Positions 20,173 through 30,801 of a DNA stretch of 64,000 bases are shown one piece after another (position 1 is the stretch's first letter; each line of letters starts with the position of its first letter). Position numbers and translations under genes: made by a program. Source of the DNA: Bacteroidales bacterium. Its GTDB lineage: Bacteria > Bacteroidota > Bacteroidia > Bacteroidales > JAADJA01. Location: the NCBI GenBank assembly GCA_030596605.1, contig JAUVJI010000003.1:3346-67345 (forward strand), in the 5' to 3' direction. Below the pieces are notes generated by a model that worked only from the letters and a program-made list of their open reading frames with translations, was not told the DNA's origin and did no database searches.

Positions 20173-21696
20173 TTAGCGGTGAATGCCCCGCTTATTTATT
20201 ATTAGTTTTTCAGTAAAGTTTTCAATACTATTTCTTACTTCAACTATATATATTCCCTGTTCAAGACTGCTTATATCAACTTCATCCTTTTGTCCATATT
20301 TATTTAGGTAAACCGTTGAACTTATTATCTCTCTTCCTTTTATATCATAAATAGTAAGGTTTAAATTGCCTTTAAATCCTATGGCGGCTATGTTTATATT
20401 ATCTGTTGCCGGGTTTGGGTAAATATTGATTTCTTTTTTAATACCAGTTTGGACAATAATATTTGTACCGGTATCAATGGTTATATGTACCGGCCTGCGG
20501 TGCAGGTTTACAAAGTAGATTAGCGAATTATCGGCAGTGCATGTATAAACGCCGGTATCGGCATACGAAATATTTTCAAGAAATAATGTATCGGCTTCAA
20601 TGCTTTCAAGTATAAGTTCACCGTTCCTGTACCATTTATAATTAGTAAACTCACCTCCGGTGCCGGAGTAAATACTGTAGTTATTGCCCGGCACAAGTGC
20701 CGTATCAATTTCTTCAAGCATATCGTCCTGATAATAATAATCGAAAAAATAATATAAGCCCTGTAAATATGATAGGTAATGAGACTCAATGTGTTCGAAA
20801 GTGAGTTTGTTGCCTTCGATATTAAAAAAAGTTATAATCCAGTTATAGTTTACTGCAGGTAAAGATGTAAAGTTGTTATATGATAAGTTCAAACCGTCAA
20901 TAAGAAATGATAAGTTACCCCATGATTCAGGGACGGCTCCGGAAAATTGATTATGTGCCAAATTTATCTCGATGGACATTGTTTGAAAAAAAAGATTGCT
21001 TAAGTATTCCGGGACTTCGCTACTAAGTTGATTGTTGCCCAGGTTAAAAGTATAAAGGTCTTCAAAATAAGTAAGTTCTATAGGAATAGTACCTGTCAAC
21101 TGGTTATTATTTAACCGCAGTTCCCATAAATTAGCGCAGTTACCCAGTTCCGGTGGTATAGAGCCGGTGAGTTGGTTGTTATGCAGGTCAAGAAATATAA
21201 GGCTGTCAAGGTTGCCTATTTCTGGGGGGATGGGGCCGGTGAGGTTGTTTTGTGGTAAACTGAATTCAAATAAACTGGAACAATTCCCAATATTGTTGGG
21301 AATTATTCCAGTAAGGGAACAATTCCCAATACCAAACCATTTTAATGAAGTTATCTGGAATAAACTTTCGGGTAACTCACCTGATAATTCTTGATCATTT
21401 GACATACCTAAACTCACTAGTGCTGTGAGTTGCCCTAAGTCATTTGGTAAAGTTCCCGCTAAGTTGTTACTATTTATTATCAATTCAACTACTCTTTCCC
21501 CTTCCACCGTAATCCCATACCAAGTATTTACCGGCCCGGTAAGCCAGCCGGAGTTGTTGTTCCAGTTGAGGCCGCCGGTGCTGTTGTAAAAGGCTACGAG
21601 GGCGAGGGAGTCTTGTTGTAGTACCTGGGCAGGGGCGGGGTAAAAATTAAATATGGTAAACAAAATGCTGAGTGATATTATCTTTCCTGGTTTCAT
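20173..21696 (-). CDS. Plant-type leucine-rich repeat protein with Ig domain and T9SS CTD
   Basis: DSLALVAFYNSTGG cap; repeated LxLxNNQLTGxIPxE; DTGVYTC Ig motif; IYPNP...QGIYIV CTD; likely start ATG 21696. Confidence 0.9.
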   Translation of the reverse strand: MKPGKIISLSILFTIFNFYPAPAQVLQQDSLALVAFYNSTGGLNWNNNSGWLTGPVNTWYGITVEGERVVELIINSNNLAGTLPNDLGQLTALVSLGMSNDQELSGELPESLFQITSLKWFGIGNCSLTGIIPNNIGNCSSLFEFSLPQNNLTGPIPPEIGNLDSLIFLDLHNNQLTGSIPPELGNCANLWELRLNNNQLTGTIPIELTYFEDLYTFNLGNNQLSSEVPEYLSNLFFQTMSIEINLAHNQFSGAVPESWGNLSFLIDGLNLSYNNFTSLPAVNYNWIITFFNIEGNKLTFEHIESHYLSYLQGLYYFFDYYYQDDMLEEIDTALVPGNNYSIYSGTGGEFTNYKWYRNGELILESIEADTLFLENISYADTGVYTCTADNSLIYFVNLHRRPVHITIDTGTNIIVQTGIKKEINIYPNPATDNINIAAIGFKGNLNLTIYDIKGREIISSTVYLNKYGQKDEVDISSLEQGIYIVEVRNSIENFTEKLIINKRGIHR

Positions 21697-21843
21697 AATA
21701 AAATGCTTTTTCTGGTTAAGAGGCTTTGAAGATAATAATAAATTCATTTGGTTCGACAATAAATCAGTTAATACGGATAGTTATCGGGAGTTTTAAATCA
21801 TTTTTTTTGTTAATCCATATTTATTATAATAGGGAAAATCTAT

Positions 21844-21882
21844 TATTTCCGGTGCTGAGATAAGGGCCACGTACCGGAAATA
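21844..21882. promoter_or_regulatory. Hairpin upstream of the T9SS cargo cluster
   Basis: TATTTCCGGTGC-N15-GTACCGGAAATA inverted repeat. Confidence 0.5.
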
Positions 21883-21942
21883 TAAAATATCATATTCCGA
21901 AACTCTGCGAAAGAATTTTTACCTGAAAATGTCAATTGCTCA

Positions 21943-22581
21943 TTAAAAAATACCTCTTTCTAAAAAGTTTACAATTTTCCTGGCTTTTTCTTTACCAATC
22001 CCATCAACTTTAAGCAATTGCTTTTCGGTAGACCTGAAGACTTTCTTTAAAGAACCGAACTTCTGAAGCAAACGGTATGCAAGGGCAGGTCCGACCTGTG
22101 GAAGGCCCTGAAGCAAATATAATTGTTGATTTTTAGGTTTTTTGGGTTTATAACCTTTTCTGATATTAGGGATTCTATCATGAAGAAGTTGATTTCCGGC
22201 TGAAATTAATAAATCGGTCGTTTCATTTTTATCCTTTGAAAAAACAATCGGTATCTGCCATGCTGACGAAATTGACAACATTGCCCCCCTGATTGCTTCA
22301 CGGCTGATTTTGTGTTTTGTGGTATATGGATTTCCTTCAATAATAAGAAGGTGATAATAGGAATTCCTTTTCATTTTTCCACATTGGTAAAAAAGGCGCT
22401 TCGATATAATTGACTGAACAAAATCTTCAGCAGTTTTTCTTTCAACAAGAATTTGATCATTTACCAGGTAATCACCGGCAGAAAGATTTTCAAGTTTTGT
22501 TTCAGCTTTCCGGTTTAAAAGCATTGTCGGAATACCGGATTGAAATCCCCTGTAATCAGCTATAATACTGAGGTTGGTCAT
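21943..22581 (-). CDS. ERCC4/XPF-type nuclease with tandem helix-hairpin-helix
   Basis: GDY, VERKTxxDF, LIIEG; HhH motifs LPQVG and VDGIG. Confidence 0.85.
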   Translation of the reverse strand: MTNLSIIADYRGFQSGIPTMLLNRKAETKLENLSAGDYLVNDQILVERKTAEDFVQSIISKRLFYQCGKMKRNSYYHLLIIEGNPYTTKHKISREAIRGAMLSISSAWQIPIVFSKDKNETTDLLISAGNQLLHDRIPNIRKGYKPKKPKNQQLYLLQGLPQVGPALAYRLLQKFGSLKKVFRSTEKQLLKVDGIGKEKARKIVNFLERGIF

Positions 22582-22610
22582 ACATCAAAAATATCCATTT
22601 TTTTAATATC

Positions 22611-23471
22611 CTATTCATTTAATTCTATCAGCGAAGTCAATTCATTCGCAAGTCCTTCAAATTCCATGAGTTCGGCTTTTACATTACCAACAATAACAGC
22701 AGATTTCGCCAAAATTGGTATATGGTTTTTATCATCGGTTACCCAAAGGGTCATGGGATATTTTTTCGAAAAAACTTCACCCGAAGCCATTCCTGGTTTG
22801 AACCTGAGACAATTGAATTTACCCAGCTTAATATTTACGATCTCTTTTCCTTCATAAATAATAGCAGAGGTATAAACTGAATCGTCCAGAAAAAAGTCTA
22901 CGGGGAGAATATCTCCAATTTCGAGTGTGTCGGTATTAAAAGTACGGGCATAATAAATTGCAGAAATGACATCCTGTGTATATTCCGGAAGAGGGAGCGA
23001 ATCTGTCCGGGTAACAACATACTGTTTTTTTTGGTTGAAATAATATTCATCGTTTTTGCGGTAGCCCCCCTCCCTTGTTTTTCGAATGAAGCAGTGAGGT
23101 ACAAGCGATTCAACATCAACAAATGAATCAAACTCATCGCGAACCTTATAAAACCAGTTAAATAATCCTTTTGAATTCCCTTCCGCATCAATATGAAATA
23201 CCCTTCGACCATAAAATACCTCATCCGATTCCGTCACTTCCAAAAATCCAGTACCGGCAATAACTTTTCCTGTAAGCCATGCATCATAGTAAAACCTGTA
23301 TTGCAATCGTTCCCCGATTTGAAAAGCTTCATTTTTAATTTGTCGCCAGTTTTCCTGTGCATATCCGAAATGACCGACAAAAAGAAATATCAGGAATAAA
23401 AGAAATAGCTTATTCGATAACAGGCGATACAGCATATGCTTTAGTTTAAAACCTTGCCTTATTTTTCTCAA
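22611..23471 (-). CDS. DUF3108 family exported protein
   Basis: AFQIGERLQY, FYKVRD, WVTDDKNHIP; start may be ATG 23435. Confidence 0.8.
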   Translation of the reverse strand: MRKIRQGFKLKHMLYRLLSNKLFLLFLIFLFVGHFGYAQENWRQIKNEAFQIGERLQYRFYYDAWLTGKVIAGTGFLEVTESDEVFYGRRVFHIDAEGNSKGLFNWFYKVRDEFDSFVDVESLVPHCFIRKTREGGYRKNDEYYFNQKKQYVVTRTDSLPLPEYTQDVISAIYYARTFNTDTLEIGDILPVDFFLDDSVYTSAIIYEGKEIVNIKLGKFNCLRFKPGMASGEVFSKKYPMTLWVTDDKNHIPILAKSAVIVGNVKAELMEFEGLANELTSLIELNE

Positions 23472-23649
23472 ACCTTACTAATGTCCAGTCAGCTGCAAAT
23501 CAGGCACTATTCATCGTATTACTAAAAAGTTATAGCTTATGTACTATCAATATCTATGTGGCAAATTGCAGCTTATAGTCATCCGATGATTGGCTAAACC
23601 TTGCAACATTCTAAAGTTGACTTAGCATTAGGCTTAACCAAAACATAAA

Positions 23650-26436
23650 CTATGAAACAACAATATTTATTATTTTTTGGGGGACAATAATGACCTTTCT
23701 GATCTGCTTCCCTTCAACCCACCTTTCTCCGCGTTTATCCTTAATAACAAGTGACTCTATCTCCTCTTTTCCCATATCAACAGGAAGTTCTATTTTAAAA
23801 CGCATCTTACCGTTGAATGAAACCGGATATTCGAAGGTGTTTTCTTTGATGTATTCTTCATTGAATTCAGGAAAATCAGCATATGAGACACTGGGTTCGT
23901 TTCCCAGTACATGCCAAAGTTCTTCTGCTATATGCGGTGCATAGGAAGCGAAAAGAATCACTAATTTTTCGAGAATCTCATTTTTATGGCAATTCAGGTC
24001 AGTCAGCTCATTTGTACATATCATAAACTGGCTCACAGCTGTATTGAATGAAAAGCGCTCAATGTCATCCTGTACTTTTTTTATGGTCCGGTGCAGGACT
24101 TTTAATTCCTTGTCATTTGCTTTTTCTTCAGTAACAATTTTATTCCCTTTTTCATCATAAAACAAACGCCACAACTTTTTTATGAACCGGTACACACCTT
24201 CTATTCCTTTTGTATCCCAGGGTTTATGATTTTCAAGTGGGCCAAGGAACATTTCGTACAAGCGGAAGGTATCTGCGCCATAATGGTCGATCAATTCATC
24301 AGGATTTACAACATTATGTTTTGATTTGGACATTTTTTCAACTTCCCAGCCACAGATATATTTTCCATCCTCAAGAATAAACTCTGCATTTTTATATTCC
24401 GGTTGCCAATTTTTGAATTCTTCAATATCAAGAATGTCATTATCAACCATATTCACATCAACATGTAAGCGGGTTGTTTTATGCTCTTTTCTTAAATTGA
24501 AAGAAACAAACTTATTTGTGCCATTAACACGGTATACAAAATTTGAACGTCCCTGAATTTTCCCCTGATTGATCAGTTTTTTAAAGGGTTCTTCCTGGCA
24601 AACCAACCCAAGGTCGTACAAAAACATATTCCAGAAGCGGCTATAAATTAAATGGCCTGTTGCATGTTCATCACCGCCAAGGTAAAGATCAATATCGCGC
24701 CAGTATTCATTGGCCTCTTTTGAAAAATATGCTTTATCATTCCAGGGATCCATATAACGAAGATAATAACCGCTTGAGCCGGCAAAGCCGGGCATGGTAT
24801 TGGTTTCAAGCGGATAACCTTCTTTTGTTTCCCAATTTTTAGCACGGGCCAAAGGCGGTTCACCGGTTTCGGTTGGCAAATATTTATCAACTTCAGGCAA
24901 TTCCAGCGGAAGTTCCGATTCATCTAATGGATAGGGCATACCGTCTTTGTAATAAATTGGAAAAGGCTCTCCCCAATATCGCTGACGGCTGAAAATTGCA
25001 TCTCTTAATTTAAAATTCACCTGCCCAAATCCCAAGTCTTTATTTTCAAGATATTTTATTGTTGTCTTAATGGCATCCTGAACATCCAACCCATTGATCA
25101 TCCCTGAATTGATCATTTTCCCTTCTTTAGCATCATATGAATCCTCCCATGTTGCCGGATCTGTTGGTTCTTCACCATCATTTACCACAACTTGTATTAT
25201 TGGAATATCAAAATGATTGGCAAATGCAAAATCACGGCTATCGTGTCCCGGTACTGCCATGATTGCTCCTGTTCCATATCCAGCCAACACATAATCTGCA
25301 ATCCAAATAGGGATCTCCTTACCATTGACAGGGTTTATTCCATACGCACCGGTAAATTTTCCTGTAATGTTTTTTACTTCTGCCATTCGATCAACTTCTG
25401 AGCGGTTTTTTGCCATCTCAACATAATCCATCACCTCTTCTTTCCGATCAGATGTTGTAATCTTTTCGACCAATTCATGTTCCGGGGCCAACACCATGAA
25501 AGTAGCGCCCCACAAAGTATCAGGCCTTGTTGTAAAAATCTCTAGTTTTTCTTCAAATCCTTTAATATCGAAATATACAGCACCTCCCTCAGAGCGCCCG
25601 ATCCAATACCGTTGCATATCTTTTAATGACTCAAACCAATCTATATTATTAAGTCCATCCAAGAGTCGCTGGGCATAGGCAGTAATCCGCAACGACCATT
25701 GTTTCATTAATTTACGTTCAACCGGATGGCCGCCCCTTTCCGAAACACCATTTACAACTTCATCATTGGCAAGTACTGTTCCTAATGCAGAGCACCAATT
25801 AACCCATGTATCAGCCAGATAAGCCAGGCGATAATTCATCAAAATTTCCTGCTGTTCAACTTCCGATTTATTTTTCCAATCACTTTCAGTAAAAGGATCA
25901 ACAGGAGAACAAGCTGCATCTATATTACTATTTCCTTCTTTCTCAAAAATTTTAACCAGTTCATTAACCGGTTCGGCCTTTTGGGTTTTATTACTATACC
26001 AATGTTTAAAAAGCTGTATAAACGTCCACTGAGTCCATTTGTAGTAAAAAGGATCAGAAGTCCTGACCTCCCTGTCCCAATCATAAGAAAACCCGATTTT
26101 ATCCATTTGTTCCCTGTAGCGCTTTATGTTCTTTTCGGTAGTAACTGCAGGGTGGGTACCTGTTTGGATGGCATATTGTTCAGCAGGTAAACCATAAGCA
26201 TCATAGCCCATTGGATGAAGAACATTAAAGCCTTTTAGTCTTTTATATCTTGAATAAATATCAGATGCAATATATCCCAATGGATGGCCTACATGCAATC
26301 CTGCTCCTGAAGGATACGGAAACATATCCAACACATAATATTTAGGTTTATTATGGTCAATTTCGCATTTATAGATTTTATTGTCAGCCCAGTATTTCTG
26401 CCACTTTTTTTCTATGTCTCTGTGATTGTATTCCAT
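23650..26436 (-). CDS. leuS: Leucine--tRNA ligase
   Basis: [19 protein letters not shown] and FTTRPDT motifs. Confidence 0.97.
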   Translation of the reverse strand: MEYNHRDIEKKWQKYWADNKIYKCEIDHNKPKYYVLDMFPYPSGAGLHVGHPLGYIASDIYSRYKRLKGFNVLHPMGYDAYGLPAEQYAIQTGTHPAVTTEKNIKRYREQMDKIGFSYDWDREVRTSDPFYYKWTQWTFIQLFKHWYSNKTQKAEPVNELVKIFEKEGNSNIDAACSPVDPFTESDWKNKSEVEQQEILMNYRLAYLADTWVNWCSALGTVLANDEVVNGVSERGGHPVERKLMKQWSLRITAYAQRLLDGLNNIDWFESLKDMQRYWIGRSEGGAVYFDIKGFEEKLEIFTTRPDTLWGATFMVLAPEHELVEKITTSDRKEEVMDYVEMAKNRSEVDRMAEVKNITGKFTGAYGINPVNGKEIPIWIADYVLAGYGTGAIMAVPGHDSRDFAFANHFDIPIIQVVVNDGEEPTDPATWEDSYDAKEGKMINSGMINGLDVQDAIKTTIKYLENKDLGFGQVNFKLRDAIFSRQRYWGEPFPIYYKDGMPYPLDESELPLELPEVDKYLPTETGEPPLARAKNWETKEGYPLETNTMPGFAGSSGYYLRYMDPWNDKAYFSKEANEYWRDIDLYLGGDEHATGHLIYSRFWNMFLYDLGLVCQEEPFKKLINQGKIQGRSNFVYRVNGTNKFVSFNLRKEHKTTRLHVDVNMVDNDILDIEEFKNWQPEYKNAEFILEDGKYICGWEVEKMSKSKHNVVNPDELIDHYGADTFRLYEMFLGPLENHKPWDTKGIEGVYRFIKKLWRLFYDEKGNKIVTEEKANDKELKVLHRTIKKVQDDIERFSFNTAVSQFMICTNELTDLNCHKNEILEKLVILFASYAPHIAEELWHVLGNEPSVSYADFPEFNEEYIKENTFEYPVSFNGKMRFKIELPVDMGKEEIESLVIKDKRGERWVEGKQIRKVIIVPQKIINIVVS

Positions 26437-26559
26437 TGGATGATATACGATTTATGAACAACGATTAAAAAAATTAAGGGGGCGAAATTATAAAAAACTA
26501 ATCTATCTAATAAGTTAAGAAAAAACAACTTATTAAGTAATATGAGAGAATTTGTAAAA

Positions 26560-27546
26560 TTAAAAATCAATTTCCTCTCCAAGGTAATCTGTAATGCTTT
26601 TATAGTTACTCTTATTCACTTTAAGACTATATGTTTCTTCAAGTTCGAGAACCCTATTTCTAACAGAGCGGTTTGAATTATAGTTATGGATAAAACTATA
26701 TTTTTCAAAATCTCGAATAGTATTAATATTCTTATTTATGAGTCCAAGATTTTTCATGTTTTCAGATTCAAAAGCAAAGCCCAAAAAGATTACACTACTT
26801 GATTCTTCTATTAAATTTCGGATTCTTTCAAGATTTTTATTATTATTTCTTCGTGTATCAAAAATTAACATAATCTTATCAATAGATTTCAAAATTAAAT
26901 CCATTAAAAGATCAAATGTTTTATCATCTTCAGAAAATGGTAGTTTTATTTGGGAATTATAATGACCATACTCAATATAATCTTTATCATTCTCTAACTT
27001 CAAATTATGGAGCTTACCATATACATGATAAATTGGCAGTTTATCATAAAAGTCACTAAAATTAAGTTCAGGATTCCTTTCAGAATAAATATTTAAAATT
27101 GTATTATAGAAAAAATGCTCTAAAGATCTATCATAATTGAAAGTAACAAAAGCAATCTTTTTACTTGGAAAGTTATTATAGAGCCTTGAATAAATTCTTT
27201 GTGAGATAAACTGATACCAATGAGGTTCATTTGTATTAAATAAATCTCTTAAGTTTTCCGACTTAATTACATAGAATAATGTTATTATTTTTCCAATCAA
27301 CTCATATTTTTCATATTGAAATACAAATTCATCTATAGAATTTAAGCCTGAATATTTTAATTCTTTCGCAAATTTTAAAAAGTCTTCTTTTAAACTAATT
27401 TTTTCTCCAATCCTCATTAACAATTGACATAATTCTGATTGGGTATTATTAATATCATTTATTGCGTTTTCGACGATTGTTCTACCCAAGGGAAAACCAA
27501 TATCTACATTTGATCCTGCACCAAGTATAAAGACTGTTTTTTCCAT
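26560..27546 (-). CDS. SIR2-like protein, very AT-rich
   Basis: FILGAGS...GFP, FVTFNYD, HVYGKL and IFLGFAF motifs of SIR2_2-type proteins. Confidence 0.7.
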   Translation of the reverse strand: MEKTVFILGAGSNVDIGFPLGRTIVENAINDINNTQSELCQLLMRIGEKISLKEDFLKFAKELKYSGLNSIDEFVFQYEKYELIGKIITLFYVIKSENLRDLFNTNEPHWYQFISQRIYSRLYNNFPSKKIAFVTFNYDRSLEHFFYNTILNIYSERNPELNFSDFYDKLPIYHVYGKLHNLKLENDKDYIEYGHYNSQIKLPFSEDDKTFDLLMDLILKSIDKIMLIFDTRRNNNKNLERIRNLIEESSSVIFLGFAFESENMKNLGLINKNINTIRDFEKYSFIHNYNSNRSVRNRVLELEETYSLKVNKSNYKSITDYLGEEIDF

Positions 27547-27559
27547 ACCAAATTATTTT

Positions 27560-29086
27560 CTACTTTTTGTGATTAAGTCTTTCAGTAACAATATTTGAAA
27601 TTTTATCAATCCCAATCCTATCCTGTTTCATAGTATCACGTTCACGGATAGTAACCGTATTATCTTCAGTCGTTTGATGATCCACCGTAATACAATAAGG
27701 CGTCCCGATAGCATCCTGTCGGCGGTAACGCTTGCCGATTGAGTCCTTCTCCTCATAAAAACACATATAATCGTTTTTCAAGGAATTAAAAATCTCAATT
27801 GCTTTTTCGGGCAACCCATCTTTTTTCACCAATGGTAAGATAGCTGCTTTAATGGGCGAAAGGAAAGGAGGTATTTTCATAACAACCCGTTCCGAGCCAT
27901 CTTCAAGTTTTTCTTCAGTGAAGGCATAGCTTAAAACAGCCAGAAAAGTCCTGTCGAGACCGAGGGAGGTTTCAACAACAAAAGGAACATAGCTGTCATT
28001 CAGTTCAGCATCGAAATACTGAATCTTTTTTCCTGAATATTCCTGGTGCGATTTCAAGTCAAAGTCTGTCCGGGAATGGATGCCTTCCAGTTCTTTAAAT
28101 CCTATGGGGAAGTAAAATTCTATATCAAAAGCAGCATTGGCATAATGAGCGAGTTTATCATGTTCATGAAAACGGTACTCGGTTTCAGGTATACCCATGT
28201 TCAGATGCCATTGCATCCGCTGTTCTTTCCAGTATTCAAACCATTTCAGTTCCTCACCGGGCCGTACAAAAAACTGCATTTCCATTTGTTCAAACTCACG
28301 CATCCTGAAAATAAACTGCCGGGCTACAATTTCGTTCCGAAAAGCCTTACCGATCTGTGCGATACCAAATGGAATTCTCATCCTTCCTGTCTTTTGGATG
28401 TTCAGGTAATTCACAAATATTCCTTGTGCTGTTTCGGGACGGAGATAAACTTTATTGGCCCCTTCACTCAGTGATCCCATCTCGGTCGAAAACATAAGAT
28501 TGAACTGGCGAACATCAGTCCAGTTTCGTGAACCTGACATTGGACATACAATCCCAAGGTCCTCTATCAAGGTTTTGATATCTTCCAAACGCTCCTCGTC
28601 CATTGCTGAATAAAGACGTTTTTTGATATCTTCAATTTTCTTTTTATTTTCCAATACCCTTGGGTTGGTTGCTAAAAACTGCTTTTCATCAAATGTTTCG
28701 CCAAATCTTTTAGCAGCTTTTGCAATCTCTTTTTGAATCTTGGCTTCAATTTTTACAATATAATCTTCCACCAAAACATCAGCCCTGTAACGTTTTTTCG
28801 AATCCTTATTATCGATCATGGGATCGTTAAAAGCATCCACATGGCCTGAAGCTTTCCAGGTAGTAGGATGCATGAAAATAGCGGCATCTAAACCTACAAT
28901 ATTTTCATGGTGTTGCACCATAGATCTCCACCAATAATTTTTGATGTTATTTTTTAACTCAACACCATACTGGCCGTAATCATAGGTCGCAGCCAGTCCA
29001 TCATAAATTTCACTCGACTGAAAAACAAACCCATACTCCTTGGCATGGGCTATGATCTTTTTGAATTTGTCCTCGTTGTTTGCCAT
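27560..29086 (-). CDS. glyQS: Glycine--tRNA ligase (alpha2 type)
   Basis: YLRPETAQGIF, FRNEI...FRMREFEQME and SIGKRYRRQD motifs. Confidence 0.96.
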   Translation of the reverse strand: MANNEDKFKKIIAHAKEYGFVFQSSEIYDGLAATYDYGQYGVELKNNIKNYWWRSMVQHHENIVGLDAAIFMHPTTWKASGHVDAFNDPMIDNKDSKKRYRADVLVEDYIVKIEAKIQKEIAKAAKRFGETFDEKQFLATNPRVLENKKKIEDIKKRLYSAMDEERLEDIKTLIEDLGIVCPMSGSRNWTDVRQFNLMFSTEMGSLSEGANKVYLRPETAQGIFVNYLNIQKTGRMRIPFGIAQIGKAFRNEIVARQFIFRMREFEQMEMQFFVRPGEELKWFEYWKEQRMQWHLNMGIPETEYRFHEHDKLAHYANAAFDIEFYFPIGFKELEGIHSRTDFDLKSHQEYSGKKIQYFDAELNDSYVPFVVETSLGLDRTFLAVLSYAFTEEKLEDGSERVVMKIPPFLSPIKAAILPLVKKDGLPEKAIEIFNSLKNDYMCFYEEKDSIGKRYRRQDAIGTPYCITVDHQTTEDNTVTIRERDTMKQDRIGIDKISNIVTERLNHKK

Positions 29087-29190
29087 GCTGCAAAAGTAGA
29101 ATAAAAAATATTTAATTGATTAGAATATGGATTGACTAAAATCACATAAATTAACGGAACATCCTCCCTTTGTCACGCTATTTTTGAAAT

Positions 29191-29400
29191 CTAGTTTGTA
29201 AAAAAATCAAGAACATTACCTAACTGGTTGCTCGGAGCTGCAAAAAATTCGGTGTATTTACATTGCGAACAGGTTACTGTAGTATATTTCTTGTTTTGAA
29301 TATTAAAAAGTTTTGTAGCAAAACTACCGGTCGCTCTCATTTGGCCGGTTTCAAAACTTTTATTTCCACATTTCGGGCAGGTGTATTTTAAATGTTGCAT
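29191..29400 (-). CDS. Small zinc-ribbon protein (DUF2082-like)
   Basis: CPKC...CSQCKYTEF; TAGCTTTG promoter upstream. Confidence 0.8.
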   Translation of the reverse strand: MQHLKYTCPKCGNKSFETGQMRATGSFATKLFNIQNKKYTTVTCSQCKYTEFFAAPSNQLGNVLDFFTN

Positions 29401-29462
29401 TTTGATAAATTTTCCGCAAAGCTAATCAATACTGAAAAAAACAACCAATTATGTAATATGGA

Positions 29463-30356
29463 TTAATCAGATATTTTATCCCTTAAAGATTTAAACCCCT
29501 TCCCTAAAATTTCATTGGCATTGATCACAGTCATAAAGGCATTGGGATCCGTATCATGAATATAATCTTGTAAAATAGCAAGCTCACGCCGATTCACGAC
29601 CGTGTAAATGATCGTTCTATCGTTTTCACTATACATTCCCTTACCCTGGATGAAAGTACCTCCTCTATTCAGATCATTAATAATTTTATCCCGAAGTTCC
29701 TTTGGTTTTTCGGTAATGATGAACAACGTTTTATCATAACTGATTCCCTGTAAAACGATATCTACGATACGACCGGTAATAAAAATTACGATCAGTGAGT
29801 ACAATGGTATTTTCCAATCTTGAAAAGCAATGAGGCCAACCAGGACAATCACAGAATCCACAGCTATCATTAATTGACCCAATGGTAAACTCGTGTATTT
29901 ACCAATCATCATTGCAACAATATCAGACCCCCCGGATGTTGCTTTCGACTTAAATATAAGACCCAGGCCTAAACCTATCATTACACCACCGAATATAGAT
30001 GACAACAAAGCATCATCTTCAACCAATGGCTGATCCCCCCAAAGGTATGTAAGGCCATCCATAAAAAATGCGGTCAATAAAAATCCAACAACCGTTTTAA
30101 CGCCAAACCTTGGTCCTAATATTTTTATACCTAAAATTGTCAGGGGAATATCAAAACAAAGGGCAACCAAACCAACTGGTGTACCCAAAATATGGTGTAG
30201 CACAATTGAAATTCCATATACACCTCCCGGAACAATTTTATAAGGGGTGATGAATAATACATACCCTGATGCCATGATAAAAGCACCAACCGCTATTAAA
30301 CTATAAGCTATAAACCACTTTTTAGAAAAAGGCTTCTCTTTAACTATAAATGACAT
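29463..30356 (-). CDS. YitT family membrane protein
   Basis: PGGVYGI, SGGSDI and C-terminal DPNAF motifs; multiple transmembrane segments. Confidence 0.9.
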   Translation of the reverse strand: MSFIVKEKPFSKKWFIAYSLIAVGAFIMASGYVLFITPYKIVPGGVYGISIVLHHILGTPVGLVALCFDIPLTILGIKILGPRFGVKTVVGFLLTAFFMDGLTYLWGDQPLVEDDALLSSIFGGVMIGLGLGLIFKSKATSGGSDIVAMMIGKYTSLPLGQLMIAVDSVIVLVGLIAFQDWKIPLYSLIVIFITGRIVDIVLQGISYDKTLFIITEKPKELRDKIINDLNRGGTFIQGKGMYSENDRTIIYTVVNRRELAILQDYIHDTDPNAFMTVINANEILGKGFKSLRDKISD

Positions 30357-30801
30357 AATATTAACATTTTATAATATTTAACAAAGCAAAAAAAGGCTGC
30401 AAAAGTAATTTTTTATTTTATCTGACAAATAAATTATTCAGATCATTGAAAAAAGATTTTTGAAACAATTTTATAATGCAAGTTGCTGTCCAGTACAAAT
30501 TGAATAGCAAAAGCAACTTTTTCAACAATTCAGTTGTCTACTCTTTTTGAAGCTGAGTTTATTAGATTTTTTTGTTAAAGACTAATAATCAATTTTTAAC
30601 GTTATTTGTTAAAATTACCTTGAAAAATAAACAAGGTAAGTTATTAACAAGTTGGTACGTTTAAGAACTATTATTGTGGAATTTAAATCTGAAAAACATG
30701 ATTGTCTTTTGAAAAAATTCGTCATTCTCAGTATTTACAGGTAATTTATAGCATTGTAATTTTCAGATTTAATTTTTTTTGTTATTTTAGCGGCCTTTTA
30801 T

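Noticed and set aside
23472-23649. Possible ncRNA or sigma54 site between leuS and the DUF3108 gene
   Set aside because: Only an 8-bp inverted repeat, and TGGC...TTGCA has the wrong spacing and strand
26437-29190. T-box riboswitches upstream of leuS or glyQS
   Set aside because: The leaders are short and AT-rich, with promoter-like elements close to the start codons and no T-box consensus
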